From Mytilus edulis (lineage: Eukaryota), in the NCBI RefSeq assembly GCF_963676685.1, contig NC_092350.1:10602001-10666000 (forward strand): DNA of 64,000 bases. The letters run 5' to 3'. Every line of letters starts with the position of its first letter. Position 1 is the first letter of the stretch. This document shows positions 63,064 to 64,000 of the stretch, piece after piece. The translations under genes and the position numbers were made by a program. The notes beneath the pieces are model-generated. The model had not been told where the DNA came from. It did no database searches and saw nothing but the letters and a program-made list of their open reading frames with translations.

Positions 63064-63743
63064 CATTATTATAAATATTTTTGTACCTATTTTTTATGAA
63101 AGTTTGATGTTATGTGCCAATTTGTGATTTGCAGAGTATTTGAAAGACAAATTTTGTGAAAATATTTTGTTAATATTTCACAAGTAAACGAATATAGAAA
63201 ACTTTTAAATTAATTTTGATATTATTAAGTCATATTTTTTTTCCAATTATCTCCCTTGTATAAGATCTGATCTGTTCCTGTTTTTTGTAGTAAATTTGGT
63301 TATTTGTAGTAATTTTATAACTGACTATAAATCATGTTGGTTGGCAATCTCATCTTATTTATGTATTCATTGAAATCTTTATTGTATTTTATGTCCCTTT
63401 TAAAGGATTTTCATGTTCTTTGTTGCTAGGTGACAATTTTTTGTAATTTGTTTTTTATTTAACTTATGCAATGAATTGGTAACTTTTTAAACAGAATTAT
63501 TAATTTTTTTTAAATTGAATCAGTATATACAAACATCAAATCAGACAGCTTGTGAATATTTATTACGCTTACTTAATTTTTTTACCTGTCCGGTACAGTT
63601 GTAGTTTTACTTTGATTTATTCACACTTTGATTTTTTTTAATCTGTTATTTGAATAGTGATATTATATTTAACTTTGCTCAAAAGCCATTTTCCAGAACC
63701 AAACTATATTTTTCAGTTTTAATAGCAAGAAAATATCATTGTA

Positions 63744-63749
63744 AATAAA
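63744..63749 (+). terminator. Candidate polyadenylation signal
   Basis: AATAAA about 680 nt after the stop, within a T-rich 3'UTR-like stretch. Confidence 0.35.
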
Positions 63750-64000
63750 AACATTTTCATTAATGTAAATATTGAGGCCTTCACTTGCCAGCATTATTTC
63801 AGTGTAATAATCCATAAATCATTTTATTTATACAATGTTATATTTTGATGTCATTTTTTATGGTCACAAATATTTGTTTAAATGTATATATGATTTATTA
63901 TACATGTACTGTAAAAATATTATCATATTCTTGAGGCAGCCATATTTCTGTATCTGAAAGAGAAAATACCTAATCCTGTGTCCCATTTTGCACGTATAGA

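Overview
AT-rich eukaryotic genomic DNA, probably a bivalve mollusc such as Mytilus (inferred from the ferritin sequence and repeat style). Two intron-containing genes lie head-to-head around 3.1-3.3 kb. (1) Minus strand: a cytosolic-type ferritin with coding exons 2858-2754, 1833-1687 and 418-293; the last exon lies beyond the left edge. Its ferroxidase-site helix is substituted (E61Q, E62K, H65E) and no canonical IRE is visible. (2) Plus strand: a complete 40-exon LRP4-like receptor (3344-63063; 6444 nt CDS, 2147 aa by my manual splice, all introns GT-AG and phase-compatible). Architecture: signal peptide, 8 LDLa, an extra YWTD beta-propeller, a ninth LDLa, 2 EGF, 4x(propeller+EGF), TM, NPxY tail. 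Introns carry MITEs, a Helitron, Helentron/HINE-like elements, SINE-like repeats and minisatellites. Four tandem arrays start at an exon/5' splice-site junction. A pair of near-identical MITEs looks like a composite transposon. No prokaryotic features and no CRISPR array. Comparisons with human proteins are from memory, not from a database search.
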